A stretch of 64,000 nucleotides of DNA from IMG/VR virus record IMGVR_UViG_3300002835_000024; one strand, written 5' to 3'. The notes below the pieces were generated by a model. The model had not been told where the DNA came from. It saw only the letters and a program-made list of their open reading frames with translations, and ran no database searches. Shown here one piece after another: positions 1 through 8,611 of the stretch. Source of the stretch: a virus. How positions within the stretch are numbered: position 1 is the stretch's first letter; every line of letters starts with the position of its first letter. The position numbers and the translations under genes were made by a program.

Positions 1-20
1 GATTCCTTCCGTGGTCGCCA
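1..20 (+). tRNA. 3' end of a tRNA truncated by the window edge
   Basis: GATTCCTTCCGTGGTCGCCA: T-arm remnant, acceptor strand and CCA just upstream of the next tRNA. Confidence 0.6.
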
Positions 21-26
21 AATTAT

Positions 27-102
27 TCCGCGGTAGCTCAGTTGGTAGAGCAGTCGACTGTTAATCGACTGGTCGTTGGTTCGAGTCCAACCCGCGGAGC
101 CA
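27..102 (+). tRNA. tRNA-Asn(GTT)
   Basis: Acceptor TCCGCGG/CCGCGGA, anticodon arm GTCGA-CTGTTAA-TCGAC, GGTTCGAGTCC, encoded CCA. Confidence 0.97.
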
Positions 103-142
103 AAAAAGAATATACGTGAAATAAACAGGAACTGGAATAAAA

Positions 143-706
143 ATGCCTGCTGTATTTCTTTACGCTGACCCGCACTTCGGACACGAAGGCGTATGTAAGT
201 TTCTGCGTCACGACGGAACTAAGCTGCGTCCTTTTGACAACGCAGAGCAGATGGACGTTGAGCTTATCAAGCGTTACAACGCTGTGGTGAAGCCAAATGA
301 CAAGGTGTATTTTCTTGGCGACGTAGCAATGCGTACCAAAGAAATGCATCGCGTACTTTTTCAACTTAACGGTGACAAGGTGCTTATAAAAGGCAACCAC
401 GACATCTTTAAGATGGACGAGTACGCTAAGCACTTCCGTGACATACGTGGCTACCATGTTATGAACGGTTGTCTACTGTCCCATATACCCGTGCATACAG
501 AGAGTTTAGCACGCTTTGGATGTAACATACATGGGCATCTGCACTACAGGGAAGTTATGCACAATCAGCAGGTTGATCCCCGCTACATGTGTGTTTCAGT
601 AGAGCATACTGACTATGCCCCTATACTGTTTGAAGACGCCCTAAAGCGCATAAAAGCGCGTGGTGGGCACGTTGGGTTTAAAGATAAAGGCGAGGTTGCA
701 CTATGA
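143..706 (+). CDS. Calcineurin-like metallophosphoesterase
   Basis: DPHFGH, LGDV, GNHD and HGHLH motifs. Confidence 0.9.
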   Translation: MPAVFLYADPHFGHEGVCKFLRHDGTKLRPFDNAEQMDVELIKRYNAVVKPNDKVYFLGDVAMRTKEMHRVLFQLNGDKVLIKGNHDIFKMDEYAKHFRDIRGYHVMNGCLLSHIPVHTESLARFGCNIHGHLHYREVMHNQQVDPRYMCVSVEHTDYAPILFEDALKRIKARGGHVGFKDKGEVAL

Positions 707-900
707 AAGACATTTTTACAGAATCTAGTGCGTACGTTATTAAATCGCCTCCTAGCTCAGGATGGATATGCCATCTGTTTGGAGAACATTCGCCTTTCTT
801 AACATGGGAGCCCGCTGAAGGTCGCGTACCAAATTGGTGGGTTCGTTTCTGGATGCGAGTATTTTTTGGATCAGTGTGGAAACGTAAAGGCGCGTTATGA
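703..900 (+). CDS. Hypothetical protein
   Basis: ATGA overlap with upstream stop; in operon. Confidence 0.6.
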   Translation: MKDIFTESSAYVIKSPPSSGWICHLFGEHSPFLTWEPAEGRVPNWWVRFWMRVFFGSVWKRKGAL

Positions 901-1060
901 AAAACGTAGAAATTGTTTTGTGGCTTGCTATTTTTGCTATTTTTGTAGCATGGTATAGTTCTATTACTGTTTTAGAAAGAACGTTCCAATCTCAAGCCAT
1001 AGAAAATGGGGCTGCTCAATATAATCCGCAAACAGGCGAGTTTGAGTGGAAGGTAAACAA

Positions 1061-1765
1061 ATGAAAGTACGTATTGGAAAACACCCAAGCTGGTTTGGCC
1101 CATATCAGTTAGCAGAAAAACTCTGCTTCTGGGCCAAACCAGTAACAAACGAATATGGGTTCAAAGATCCTCCAGATTGGGTGCATAACTTTGGTACCTG
1201 GTTGGCGCATGGGAAAACTCTACCCACTCCAAAAAAGCTGGGAGAAGATCATCCCAGAACTTTGCTGTATAAGTTTCTTGCTTGGGTTTACCGCAAAAGA
1301 CAGCAAAAAGTGTATGTTCGTATTGACCGCTGGGATACTTGGGGTATGGATCATACTCTAGCACACATAGTTCTTCCTATGTTGGTGCAACTTAAGGCAA
1401 CTAAACAGGGGGCGCCTTATGTCGATAACGAAGATGTTCCGGAAGAACTTCGTAGTACTAATGCTACAAATGAGGGAGAAGTTGACAATCTTCATTTCAA
1501 GCGCTGGGATTGGGTTCTTAATGAAATGATTTTTGCATTTCATAATAAACTTGACGATAACTGGGAAGCCAAGTTTGAAACCGGTATCCATGACTGGAGT
1601 TTTGAGCCAACCATCGGTGAAAACGGGAAGCCAAAATATTACGAGATGGTACACGGTCCTAACCATACTTATAAAGTGGATCAAGAAGCGCGTAATGCAT
1701 ACCAAAAACGTATCTCCAATGGATTTCTTCTTTTTGGAAAATATTACGAGTGTTTGTGGAATTAA
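1061..1765 (+). CDS. Hypothetical phage protein
   Basis: Long ORF. ATG at 1061 overlaps the stop of a small upstream membrane ORF (897-1064), so it is preferred over GTG 1046. Confidence 0.75.
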   Translation: MKVRIGKHPSWFGPYQLAEKLCFWAKPVTNEYGFKDPPDWVHNFGTWLAHGKTLPTPKKLGEDHPRTLLYKFLAWVYRKRQQKVYVRIDRWDTWGMDHTLAHIVLPMLVQLKATKQGAPYVDNEDVPEELRSTNATNEGEVDNLHFKRWDWVLNEMIFAFHNKLDDNWEAKFETGIHDWSFEPTIGENGKPKYYEMVHGPNHTYKVDQEARNAYQKRISNGFLLFGKYYECLWN

Positions 1766-1875
1766 AAACGCTTGACTATTTGATTCCAATGCAGTATACT
1801 GTCATAGTGGATTTTAATGGAGACTGTGATGTATAAGCCAATGCCAGAAGATACCAACTGATTCGGAACTTCAAT

Positions 1876-2190
1876 ATGATTGATATGGAAAATGATATCA
1901 AAGACTCTTTTATCTACAGAAAGGTAAGGGCTAGTAAAAATTATGCACAAAGTCTCTATGCGGCTATGTGTAATAATGTTTTTGTAAAAGAAGGCGTAGA
2001 GTGGAGTTGTAGCTGGAGGTCCTCTGGTGCTGTTGTTTCTTCTATGCGTACAAATGAAGATTATATAGATTATTACTGTTCTGGTATGGGAGTTTTTGAG
2101 GAAAGACCCGCTACCAAGGAAGGCGAGGTAACTGACGAGATCAGAGAAGATCTAGCAAGAATTGGGTGGAGTGTTAAAGATGGTGATTGA
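1876..2190 (+). CDS. Hypothetical phage protein
   Basis: ORF downstream of TTGACT-N17-TATACT promoter (~1771-1799). Confidence 0.7.
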   Translation: MIDMENDIKDSFIYRKVRASKNYAQSLYAAMCNNVFVKEGVEWSCSWRSSGAVVSSMRTNEDYIDYYCSGMGVFEERPATKEGEVTDEIREDLARIGWSVKDGD

Positions 2191-2395
2191 AAACGTTTTT
2201 CCAAAACTGTATTGGGGTATTAAAGTTCCCATGGACGGTAGGGACGGTAGCTATTTGTGGGTTGTCAATGGATATCCGGATATAGAAATACTGAAATATG
2301 AATCCCAACAAGAAGCAGAAAAAGCTGCTAATGATATGGGATGGAAAATGTTTAAAATCGAGCCAATACAAGAAGGCATAAATTATGAGCCCTGA
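2180..2395 (+). CDS. Hypothetical protein
   Basis: Coupled ORF in operon; second ATG chosen for upstream GGAG. Confidence 0.55.
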   Translation: MVIENVFPKLYWGIKVPMDGRDGSYLWVVNGYPDIEILKYESQQEAEKAANDMGWKMFKIEPIQEGINYEP

Positions 2396-2882
2396 ACTAG
2401 ACAAACAACTTTGTGAAAAATATCCGCTTATATTTGCGGACCGTCACGCAGATATGACCCAAACAGCAATGTGTTGGGGATTTGACTGTGGCGACGGCTG
2501 GTACAACATTATCGATATAATGTGTTTTGCTATTCAAAGTCACATTAATTACTCTGTAAAAGCAAGAGAGTATGACATTAAATTTAACAAAGATCTTGAA
2601 CAGGCTATTGCTTCAAACTTTCAAGACTGGCCAGCCTATTATAACAGAGAACCCAGAAAACTAACTGAAGTTATTCCTCAAGTAGTGGCAACACAAGTTA
2701 AAGAAAAGTTTGGTGGTCTTCGTTTTTATTACACAGGCGGGGACGATCACATTACGGGTATAGTTACCATGGCTGAACTTATGAGTGAGCGGACATGTGA
2801 GGAGTGTGGAGATCCTGGTCAACTGTATACTAATGGCTGGCATAAAACTCTATGCGTAAAACATGCTAAGGAAGCGGGCTGA
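2385..2882 (+). CDS. Hypothetical phage protein (QVKEKFGGLRFY motif, C-terminal CxxC)
   Basis: Motif I recognise from phage hypotheticals; CEECG...C..H. Confidence 0.75.
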   Translation: MSPELDKQLCEKYPLIFADRHADMTQTAMCWGFDCGDGWYNIIDIMCFAIQSHINYSVKAREYDIKFNKDLEQAIASNFQDWPAYYNREPRKLTEVIPQVVATQVKEKFGGLRFYYTGGDDHITGIVTMAELMSERTCEECGDPGQLYTNGWHKTLCVKHAKEAG

Positions 2883-2909
2883 CCCGCTAGGCTACTGAGA
2901 GAAAAATAG

Positions 2910-3086
2910 ATGCAAGAGTCCGAACCCAAACATTCTGTAGAAAACATGACTGAGATACAACTGGAATTATCAGAAGAAGATTATGAGTATATAAAAACTG
3001 CTTCCGCTTTGAGAGGAATTTCTATTGACGAGTTTATACAACAGGCGTTGCAAAAAGTTATTGATAAATATGAGGGGAAGACCTAA
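2910..3086 (+). CDS. Small putative ribbon-helix-helix-like protein
   Basis: 58-aa ORF read by hand (IQLELSEEDYEYIKTASALRGISIDEFIQQAL). Confidence 0.45.
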   Translation: MQESEPKHSVENMTEIQLELSEEDYEYIKTASALRGISIDEFIQQALQKVIDKYEGKT

Positions 3087-3088
3087 TT

Positions 3089-3292
3089 ATGAGAGATAAA
3101 ATCGTATATTCTTTGAAGAAATATTTCGAAGCAGAAATCGACAAACGTATAGTAAATATCGAAATCATGCTCGCGAACCCTATGGCAATTCACGAACATA
3201 CTGATTATACTGCTGCCATGGAACTTGAATTAGCAAAAATTAGTGAATATCAAGACAAGTTAGAAGTCCTAGAAAAATATTTTATCAATTGA
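3089..3292 (+). CDS. Conserved hypothetical T4-like phage protein
   Basis: ORF with RBS; NIEIMLANP..I.EH motif. Confidence 0.7.
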   Translation: MRDKIVYSLKKYFEAEIDKRIVNIEIMLANPMAIHEHTDYTAAMELELAKISEYQDKLEVLEKYFIN

Positions 3293-3299
3293 TCAATAC

Positions 3300-3376
3300 G
3301 CCCACTTAGCTCAGTCGGTAGCAGCGTCTGCCTTGTAAGCAGAAGGTCATCCGTTCGATTCGGATAGTGGGCACCA
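3300..3376 (+). tRNA. tRNA-Thr(TGT)
   Basis: GCCCACT/AGTGGGC acceptor, TCTGC-CTTGTAA-GCAGA, GTTCGATTC, CCA. Confidence 0.95.
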
Positions 3377-3379
3377 TAA

Positions 3380-3721
3380 ATGCGAAAGAAAGAAATGCTT
3401 AAACAAATATTGTTCTCCTTGCTAATGGCCACTCCTGCAATAGCACAACCAGTAGCATCAGATGGTTATGTTTTTAAAGGCAGCCCGCCTGCCGTAAGAA
3501 AAGACTTTCGAGTTATTATAGAAGAATATAATACTCGTAATGAACTTGTAAAAGGTATACAAAAATATGGCGTCGCTCATGGTGATGTTCATGCTTTTGC
3601 TGTAATTGATCCAAACAAAAATACCTGCACAATACATATAATTAGACCAGCAAAACGTTATATGCCAGAACATATGGGTCACGAACTGACTCATTGCATT
3701 TATGGAGGGTGGCACAAATGA
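3380..3721 (+). CDS. Secreted small HExxH metallopeptidase-like protein
   Basis: Signal peptide-like N-terminus; GHELTHC. Confidence 0.6.
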   Translation: MRKKEMLKQILFSLLMATPAIAQPVASDGYVFKGSPPAVRKDFRVIIEEYNTRNELVKGIQKYGVAHGDVHAFAVIDPNKNTCTIHIIRPAKRYMPEHMGHELTHCIYGGWHK

Positions 3722-3957
3722 GCGACAACATTAAAGAACGCATTTCTACTTTTTTCCAACTTTCTGGGCTTTTGCTTTTCTTTGGTCTGTTCATTTATTC
3801 TTTTGTTGTAAGAGATTTTACATATTTCGGGATCCTTCTTCTTGGCATATTGATTGTTGTTTTCTTGTCTCTTTTTCTCGTTGTAACTGCATCAATTTTG
3901 TATTATATGTACAAAGCTTCAATTTTTGTCATCACAGGCAAAGAATTTGATTTATAA
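3718..3957 (+). CDS. Membrane protein
   Basis: Two hydrophobic helices; ATGA coupling. Confidence 0.6.
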   Translation: MSDNIKERISTFFQLSGLLLFFGLFIYSFVVRDFTYFGILLLGILIVVFLSLFLVVTASILYYMYKASIFVITGKEFDL

Positions 3958-3988
3958 ATAGGGTGTGGCCGTTTTATGGGGATCCCCT

Positions 3989-4225
3989 ATGACTTTATTA
4001 GAAAAAGTGAAACATATTCTAGACAAAAAGACTCTTTCTCCTGAAAGTATAGCAACAAAACATAAAGTTCCTCTAGATACTGTTTTTAGACAATTAGAAA
4101 TAGGTATTGATGTTGAGAAAGAGCACACCACTGATAAAAAAGTTGCACGAGAAATTGCTTTAGATCATTTGGGGGAAGATCCAAAATATTATACAAAACT
4201 GGTTAAAATTGAAACCACAAAATAA
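3989..4225 (+). CDS. DUF5661-like protein
   Basis: GIDVEKEHT...EIALDHLGEDPKYYTKL motif; late promoter TATAAATA at 3953. Confidence 0.7.
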   Translation: MTLLEKVKHILDKKTLSPESIATKHKVPLDTVFRQLEIGIDVEKEHTTDKKVAREIALDHLGEDPKYYTKLVKIETTK

Positions 4226-4277
4226 GACAAAGTTTAATATTATAAATAGAGGCATAGTAAATGTGGAAACGTATTAA

Positions 4278-5360
4278 ATGTCTCTGATGGAAGCTATAAT
4301 TGACGTTCTCAACGCAAAAACTCCCCCATCGGCGGAGCAAAAAGCCAAACTTGATGAAAACGAAAGTCCGTTTGGTCCCTCCAAGCTTGCGATTAAATCT
4401 ATTATAGATAATATACCAAAAGTTTCAAGATATACTGATGAAATAGAAAAAACATTTCAAGAAGAAATATCGAAAAAAGATAAAATTCCTTCAAAACTGA
4501 TAACTGTTTCTAATGGATCTGATCCATTATTAAGAGTTTTTGGACAGATGATCGCCAAAGACGGGCAAGGACAGCTTATTGTTCCAAATACTACCTACGA
4601 ATCAGTAGTCACAGAATCTAAAAAATATGGAGCTTTGATAACTGGCGTTGATATGAACAAAGATTTGTCTATAAATTTAACAGCCATAGAAAACAAAATA
4701 AATAAACAAACCACTGGAATATATATTTGTAATCCCAACAACCCAACAGGTAATAAAGTTAACATAGCACAATTGAGAGATTTTATAGCACGAGTATCAA
4801 AATATACTCCATGTTTAATCGACGAAGCCTATATACATATGGTAGATAACTGGGAGAAAAACACCGTAATAGATATGGTCGAGAAATTCGATAATGTTAT
4901 GGTAACTCGAACGTTTTCCAAAATTTATGGACTGGCTGGACAAAGAATTGGTTATGCTGCAGCTAGTCCCAATTTAATGTATAAATTGAATAAAATTCTT
5001 CCCGGACCAGGTTTTACCAACTCTTTGGGGTTGTATGCGGCTTTAGCGAGCATGGAAGATCAGAAATTTTTACCTGACGCAAAGAACAAATTTAAAAAAG
5101 CCAGAAATTCAATTTATGATATAGTTAAAAATTTGGGTTTAGAAATGGCGGCTGATCCCCAGGCATGTTTTGTTTATTTCAATACCAAAATGAATGCAGA
5201 AAATTTTCAAAAACAAATGGCTAAATTCGGCGTTCTTGTTGTTGGAAGAGTTTGGGCTAAATATCCAACTTGGTCTCGCGTGTCAGTGGGATTAGACTGG
5301 GAGATAGACAAATTTAAAAACTCTATCGAGAAAGTAATTAAAGCGGAGAAACAAAAATAA
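4278..5360 (+). CDS. hisC: Histidinol-phosphate aminotransferase-family PLP enzyme (HisC/CobC class)
   Basis: NESPFGPS, NGSD, ICNPNNPTG, IDEAY, RTFSKIYGLAGQRIGY. Confidence 0.85.
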   Translation: MSLMEAIIDVLNAKTPPSAEQKAKLDENESPFGPSKLAIKSIIDNIPKVSRYTDEIEKTFQEEISKKDKIPSKLITVSNGSDPLLRVFGQMIAKDGQGQLIVPNTTYESVVTESKKYGALITGVDMNKDLSINLTAIENKINKQTTGIYICNPNNPTGNKVNIAQLRDFIARVSKYTPCLIDEAYIHMVDNWEKNTVIDMVEKFDNVMVTRTFSKIYGLAGQRIGYAAASPNLMYKLNKILPGPGFTNSLGLYAALASMEDQKFLPDAKNKFKKARNSIYDIVKNLGLEMAADPQACFVYFNTKMNAENFQKQMAKFGVLVVGRVWAKYPTWSRVSVGLDWEIDKFKNSIEKVIKAEKQK

Positions 5361-6067
5361 TGGCAAATACCAATCTCCACTATACCCGAATGCTCCAACA
5401 GATCAACGAAGTTTTTGATGAACTTGGTTGGAATGGAACAGATATTACAGTTACAGCAAACTCTTTAATTCTTTCTTCTAATACTGCAAAGGGAATGAAG
5501 GTTGATGTGTTTCAACCCTCTTATCCTTTCTTTGATCTTTTGGGGGAAATTCGTGTTGATGAAGCTGGTGGGGCAACAAAACCAGATTTTAACATCTACA
5601 AGGGCAACATTAAACAATATCAGTTTGCTGTAGACGATCATGTTTTTGGTGTTTATCATCTGCCGCATGACTATGTACCAAACTCCAATATCTTTATTCA
5701 TGTGCATTGGTCAACAAACGCCGCTTCATCAGCTGGATCTCCAACCTTTGAAATAGAAGCTTCTTACTCTAAGGGGTTTGGTCAAATGCAGTTTTCTAAC
5801 AACGTAACTGTTACTGTGTCAAATGCATATATCAATTCTTATACTCATATGGTTTCTGAAACACAACTTTCTTCTCCTAATGGAGTTTCACTCGGATCAG
5901 GCCAACTTCTGGTAACTCAAGATCTTGAGACAGATGGTATAATTATAATTAGAGCTAAACTTTTGACAAACACCATGAGTGTTTTGCCGTTCGTACACCA
6001 TATGGATATACATTATCAGTCTACTAATATTGGAACGAAAAACAGAAACCCAGCTTTCTACACATAA
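5360..6067 (+). CDS. Hypothetical, probably virion-associated beta-rich protein
   Basis: Long ORF coupled to hisC in a late transcript. Confidence 0.6.
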   Translation: MANTNLHYTRMLQQINEVFDELGWNGTDITVTANSLILSSNTAKGMKVDVFQPSYPFFDLLGEIRVDEAGGATKPDFNIYKGNIKQYQFAVDDHVFGVYHLPHDYVPNSNIFIHVHWSTNAASSAGSPTFEIEASYSKGFGQMQFSNNVTVTVSNAYINSYTHMVSETQLSSPNGVSLGSGQLLVTQDLETDGIIIIRAKLLTNTMSVLPFVHHMDIHYQSTNIGTKNRNPAFYT

Positions 6068-6106
6068 TCGTTTTATAAATATACAGGTATAAGATAGGAG
6101 CAAAAT

Positions 6107-6472
6107 ATGTCATTCGACCTTTTAACTTTTCTAGAACCACTTTTCAATCTTCTTATGGCTGCAGCTTCAGCTGCTGTTCTCGCACTAGTTCCCCCACTTG
6201 TGAAAATGTTTCTACAAAAAATTAAACTTGATGGACTTGTTTCAGATGACATCGTCAGAGGCTACCTAGAAAAAGCCCTCGCAAACGGTATTCTTCTAGC
6301 CAAAACTAAAATTGCCGAGCAGAAAATCACTGTTGACGTTGACAATCAAATTGTTTCAACTGTTCTCGTTTATCTTCGTCAAAACGTCCCAGACGCCCTC
6401 AACCATTTCGGTTTGACGGAAGCAAAAGTAGCAGAGCTTGTTAAAGCTCGACTCTCTGCTGCTTATCTCTAA
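6107..6472 (+). CDS. Putative holin-like membrane protein
   Basis: N-terminal TM helix, late promoter TATAAATA at 6074, AGGAG RBS, followed by terminator. Confidence 0.45.
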   Translation: MSFDLLTFLEPLFNLLMAAASAAVLALVPPLVKMFLQKIKLDGLVSDDIVRGYLEKALANGILLAKTKIAEQKITVDVDNQIVSTVLVYLRQNVPDALNHFGLTEAKVAELVKARLSAAYL

Positions 6473-6491
6473 TAGTAAATAAAATGAAATA

Positions 6492-6524
6492 AAACAGCGG
6501 CAGCTTAGGCTGCCGCTTTCATTT
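6492..6524 (+). terminator. Intrinsic terminator
   Basis: AGCGGCAGC-TTAG-GCTGCCGCT followed by T-rich tract. Confidence 0.75.
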
Positions 6525-6616
6525 CCTCATAAATTATTGAAATTATTTGTATTTTTAGCTTTACTTTCTAAGAAAAGCGAGGTACAATCATATTAGCTAT
6601 AAAAAGGAAAAAGAAC

Positions 6617-7132
6617 ATGTTCAAAGTTCTTGTTATAATTTTAGGTGGAATATTCACCGTAGATCAACTAACTTTTGAAAAATATTCAGAACCTAATCCA
6701 GTTTTGGAAACTGTTATTTATACCTCTCAAAAAACTCTTGAAGAAGAAATACGAGAGGAAGAAATCGATTGTTTGACCAGAAACATTTATTTCGAGGCCA
6801 GAAATCAATCAACAGAGGGACAATATGCCGTGGCAGAAGTTGTTCTGAATAGAGCAGAGAATCCAGATTTTCCAGAAAATATTTGCGAGATTGTTCAACA
6901 AAAAAACGAAAGGGGATGTCAATTCTCTTGGTACTGTGATGGGAAATCGGACAAAATGAGAGACAAAAGAGCGATCATAAAGGCTAAACAGATCGCCATC
7001 AAATCCTTAGAACAAAAAACCAATTATACAAATGGAGCTCTTTTTTATCATGCAAATTATGTAACGCCAGATTGGCAAAATCTAAGAAAGACTGCGGAAA
7101 TTGAAGATCATATTTTCTACTCTTCAATTTAA
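6617..7132 (+). CDS. SleB-like cell wall hydrolase (Hydrolase_2)
   Basis: CLTRNIYFEARNQ, VVLNR, CQFSWYCDG, GALFYHA, HIFY. Confidence 0.92.
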   Translation: MFKVLVIILGGIFTVDQLTFEKYSEPNPVLETVIYTSQKTLEEEIREEEIDCLTRNIYFEARNQSTEGQYAVAEVVLNRAENPDFPENICEIVQQKNERGCQFSWYCDGKSDKMRDKRAIIKAKQIAIKSLEQKTNYTNGALFYHANYVTPDWQNLRKTAEIEDHIFYSSI

Positions 7133-7161
7133 CTAAGTATGTTATGGCGTAGGAGAATTGG

Positions 7162-7680
7162 ATGCTTATATACGTAAGAGGCGTAAAATCTAAACGTATT
7201 AGAGACAGAATAAGAAGTTGCGCTAAATTCTGTTTGTCCAAACTGCTCAACAAGACTAAACAAAAAAATCTGACTGTTTTCATAAATATCAAAAGCAAAG
7301 CGAAAGCTGAAACTTATGGATTCTGCAATCCTCTAGGAAAAAATATCAAAACTGGAAGAGATGAATATGAAATCACTTGTGTGCATCAACCAAAAATAGA
7401 TCCACTACAAGGAAACGTATACAGAACCCTAGCCCACGAGCTTGTCCACGTTAAGCAATTTGCTACTGGACAAATGAATAGGCATATCGTGACGAAAAAA
7501 ACTTCATCTGGAAAAAGGGTGACTGGTACTCTCTGGGAAGGCAAAATATACTCCAGCAGTAAGTATGAAGACAGCGAGGAAGGATATTACGACTCTCCAT
7601 GGGAAATCGAAGCTTATGGAAGAGAAGTTGGGCTGTATCGGCTCTGGAAACAATCAATGAACGAGGAGGAAGATCTTTGA
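7162..7680 (+). CDS. HExxH zincin-like protein
   Basis: LAHELVHVKQ ... PWEIEAY. Confidence 0.8.
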   Translation: MLIYVRGVKSKRIRDRIRSCAKFCLSKLLNKTKQKNLTVFINIKSKAKAETYGFCNPLGKNIKTGRDEYEITCVHQPKIDPLQGNVYRTLAHELVHVKQFATGQMNRHIVTKKTSSGKRVTGTLWEGKIYSSSKYEDSEEGYYDSPWEIEAYGREVGLYRLWKQSMNEEEDL

Positions 7681-7785
7681 GTGAGTTTGATAAAGTAAAA
7701 TCATACATCCTAAGATGTTACGAACAAAACAAACAAATTTCCCAAGTTGATGTGTTAAAAGCTTTTGTTGTAATTATGGAAAAAA

Positions 7786-8106
7786 TTGATGAAATCGAAA
7801 AAACCAAAAAAGAAAGCTGTATCTGCCAAACCACAGAGGACGCTCCAGAAATCTCTGAAGAAAAAAGCGGCGACTCCTTATGTTTGCTACACGCTCAAAG
7901 AGATTTTTGATAAAAGAGTAGAAAATAACTACGGCATTGCTGCTGTTGATGCTTTGACTGACGCATTCAAAAACAAAAAACGATTAGCAATAGTAGATAG
8001 AAATATAGATCCCAAAAAAATTCCACAAGTTTGGTATAGTCTGTCTGATTATATTGAAATAGATGGTATTGTTTTAAAATCGACAGGATTATATAATGTT
8101 CAATAA
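7786..8106 (+). CDS. Hypothetical protein
   Basis: Basic N-terminus; overlaps the deaminase start. Confidence 0.5.
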   Translation: MMKSKKPKKKAVSAKPQRTLQKSLKKKAATPYVCYTLKEIFDKRVENNYGIAAVDALTDAFKNKKRLAIVDRNIDPKKIPQVWYSLSDYIEIDGIVLKSTGLYNVQ

Positions 8107-8551
8107 AAAATGGGTTGACAGATTTATGGATCTGTCCAGAACAATTTCTCATTGGTCAAAAGACCCAAGCACAAAAGTTGGTGCTGTGATCGTTGATGAT
8201 AAGAAAAGAATCATCGGTGTTGGATATAACGGATTTCCTAGAGGCGTTGATGATGATGAGGAAAGATATGCTGATAGGCAAACCAAATACAAAATGGTTT
8301 CTCATGCTGAAAGAAACGCCTTAGATAATTGCCCAATCTCAGCCGAAGGCACAACTATGTTTGTTACCTTGATGCCTTGTAGTGATTGTGCAAAATCCAT
8401 TATTCAAAGAGGAATAAAAAGAGTGATCGTCGCCCCAATGCTAATCCAAAATGACTTAGCGGAAAATTATAACTGGGACACGGATATCTATAATTGGAAA
8501 ATAACCCAACTGATGTTCAAAGAAGCTGGAGTTGAGTTGATTTTTTCTTGA
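8096..8551 (+). CDS. cd: dCMP deaminase
   Basis: SKDPSTKVGA, GYNGFPRG, HAERNA, PCSDC. Confidence 0.93.
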   Translation: MFNKKWVDRFMDLSRTISHWSKDPSTKVGAVIVDDKKRIIGVGYNGFPRGVDDDEERYADRQTKYKMVSHAERNALDNCPISAEGTTMFVTLMPCSDCAKSIIQRGIKRVIVAPMLIQNDLAENYNWDTDIYNWKITQLMFKEAGVELIFS

Positions 8552-8611
8552 AAACGCTTTACAAATCATTGAATACGCGGTATAGTATTTGTTGGTCGAT
8601 GGAGTATCAGC

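Noticed and set aside
38-457. Minus-strand ORF and the upstream extension of ORF 17474
   Set aside because: They overlap tRNA genes, and the translations are tRNA-derived artefacts.
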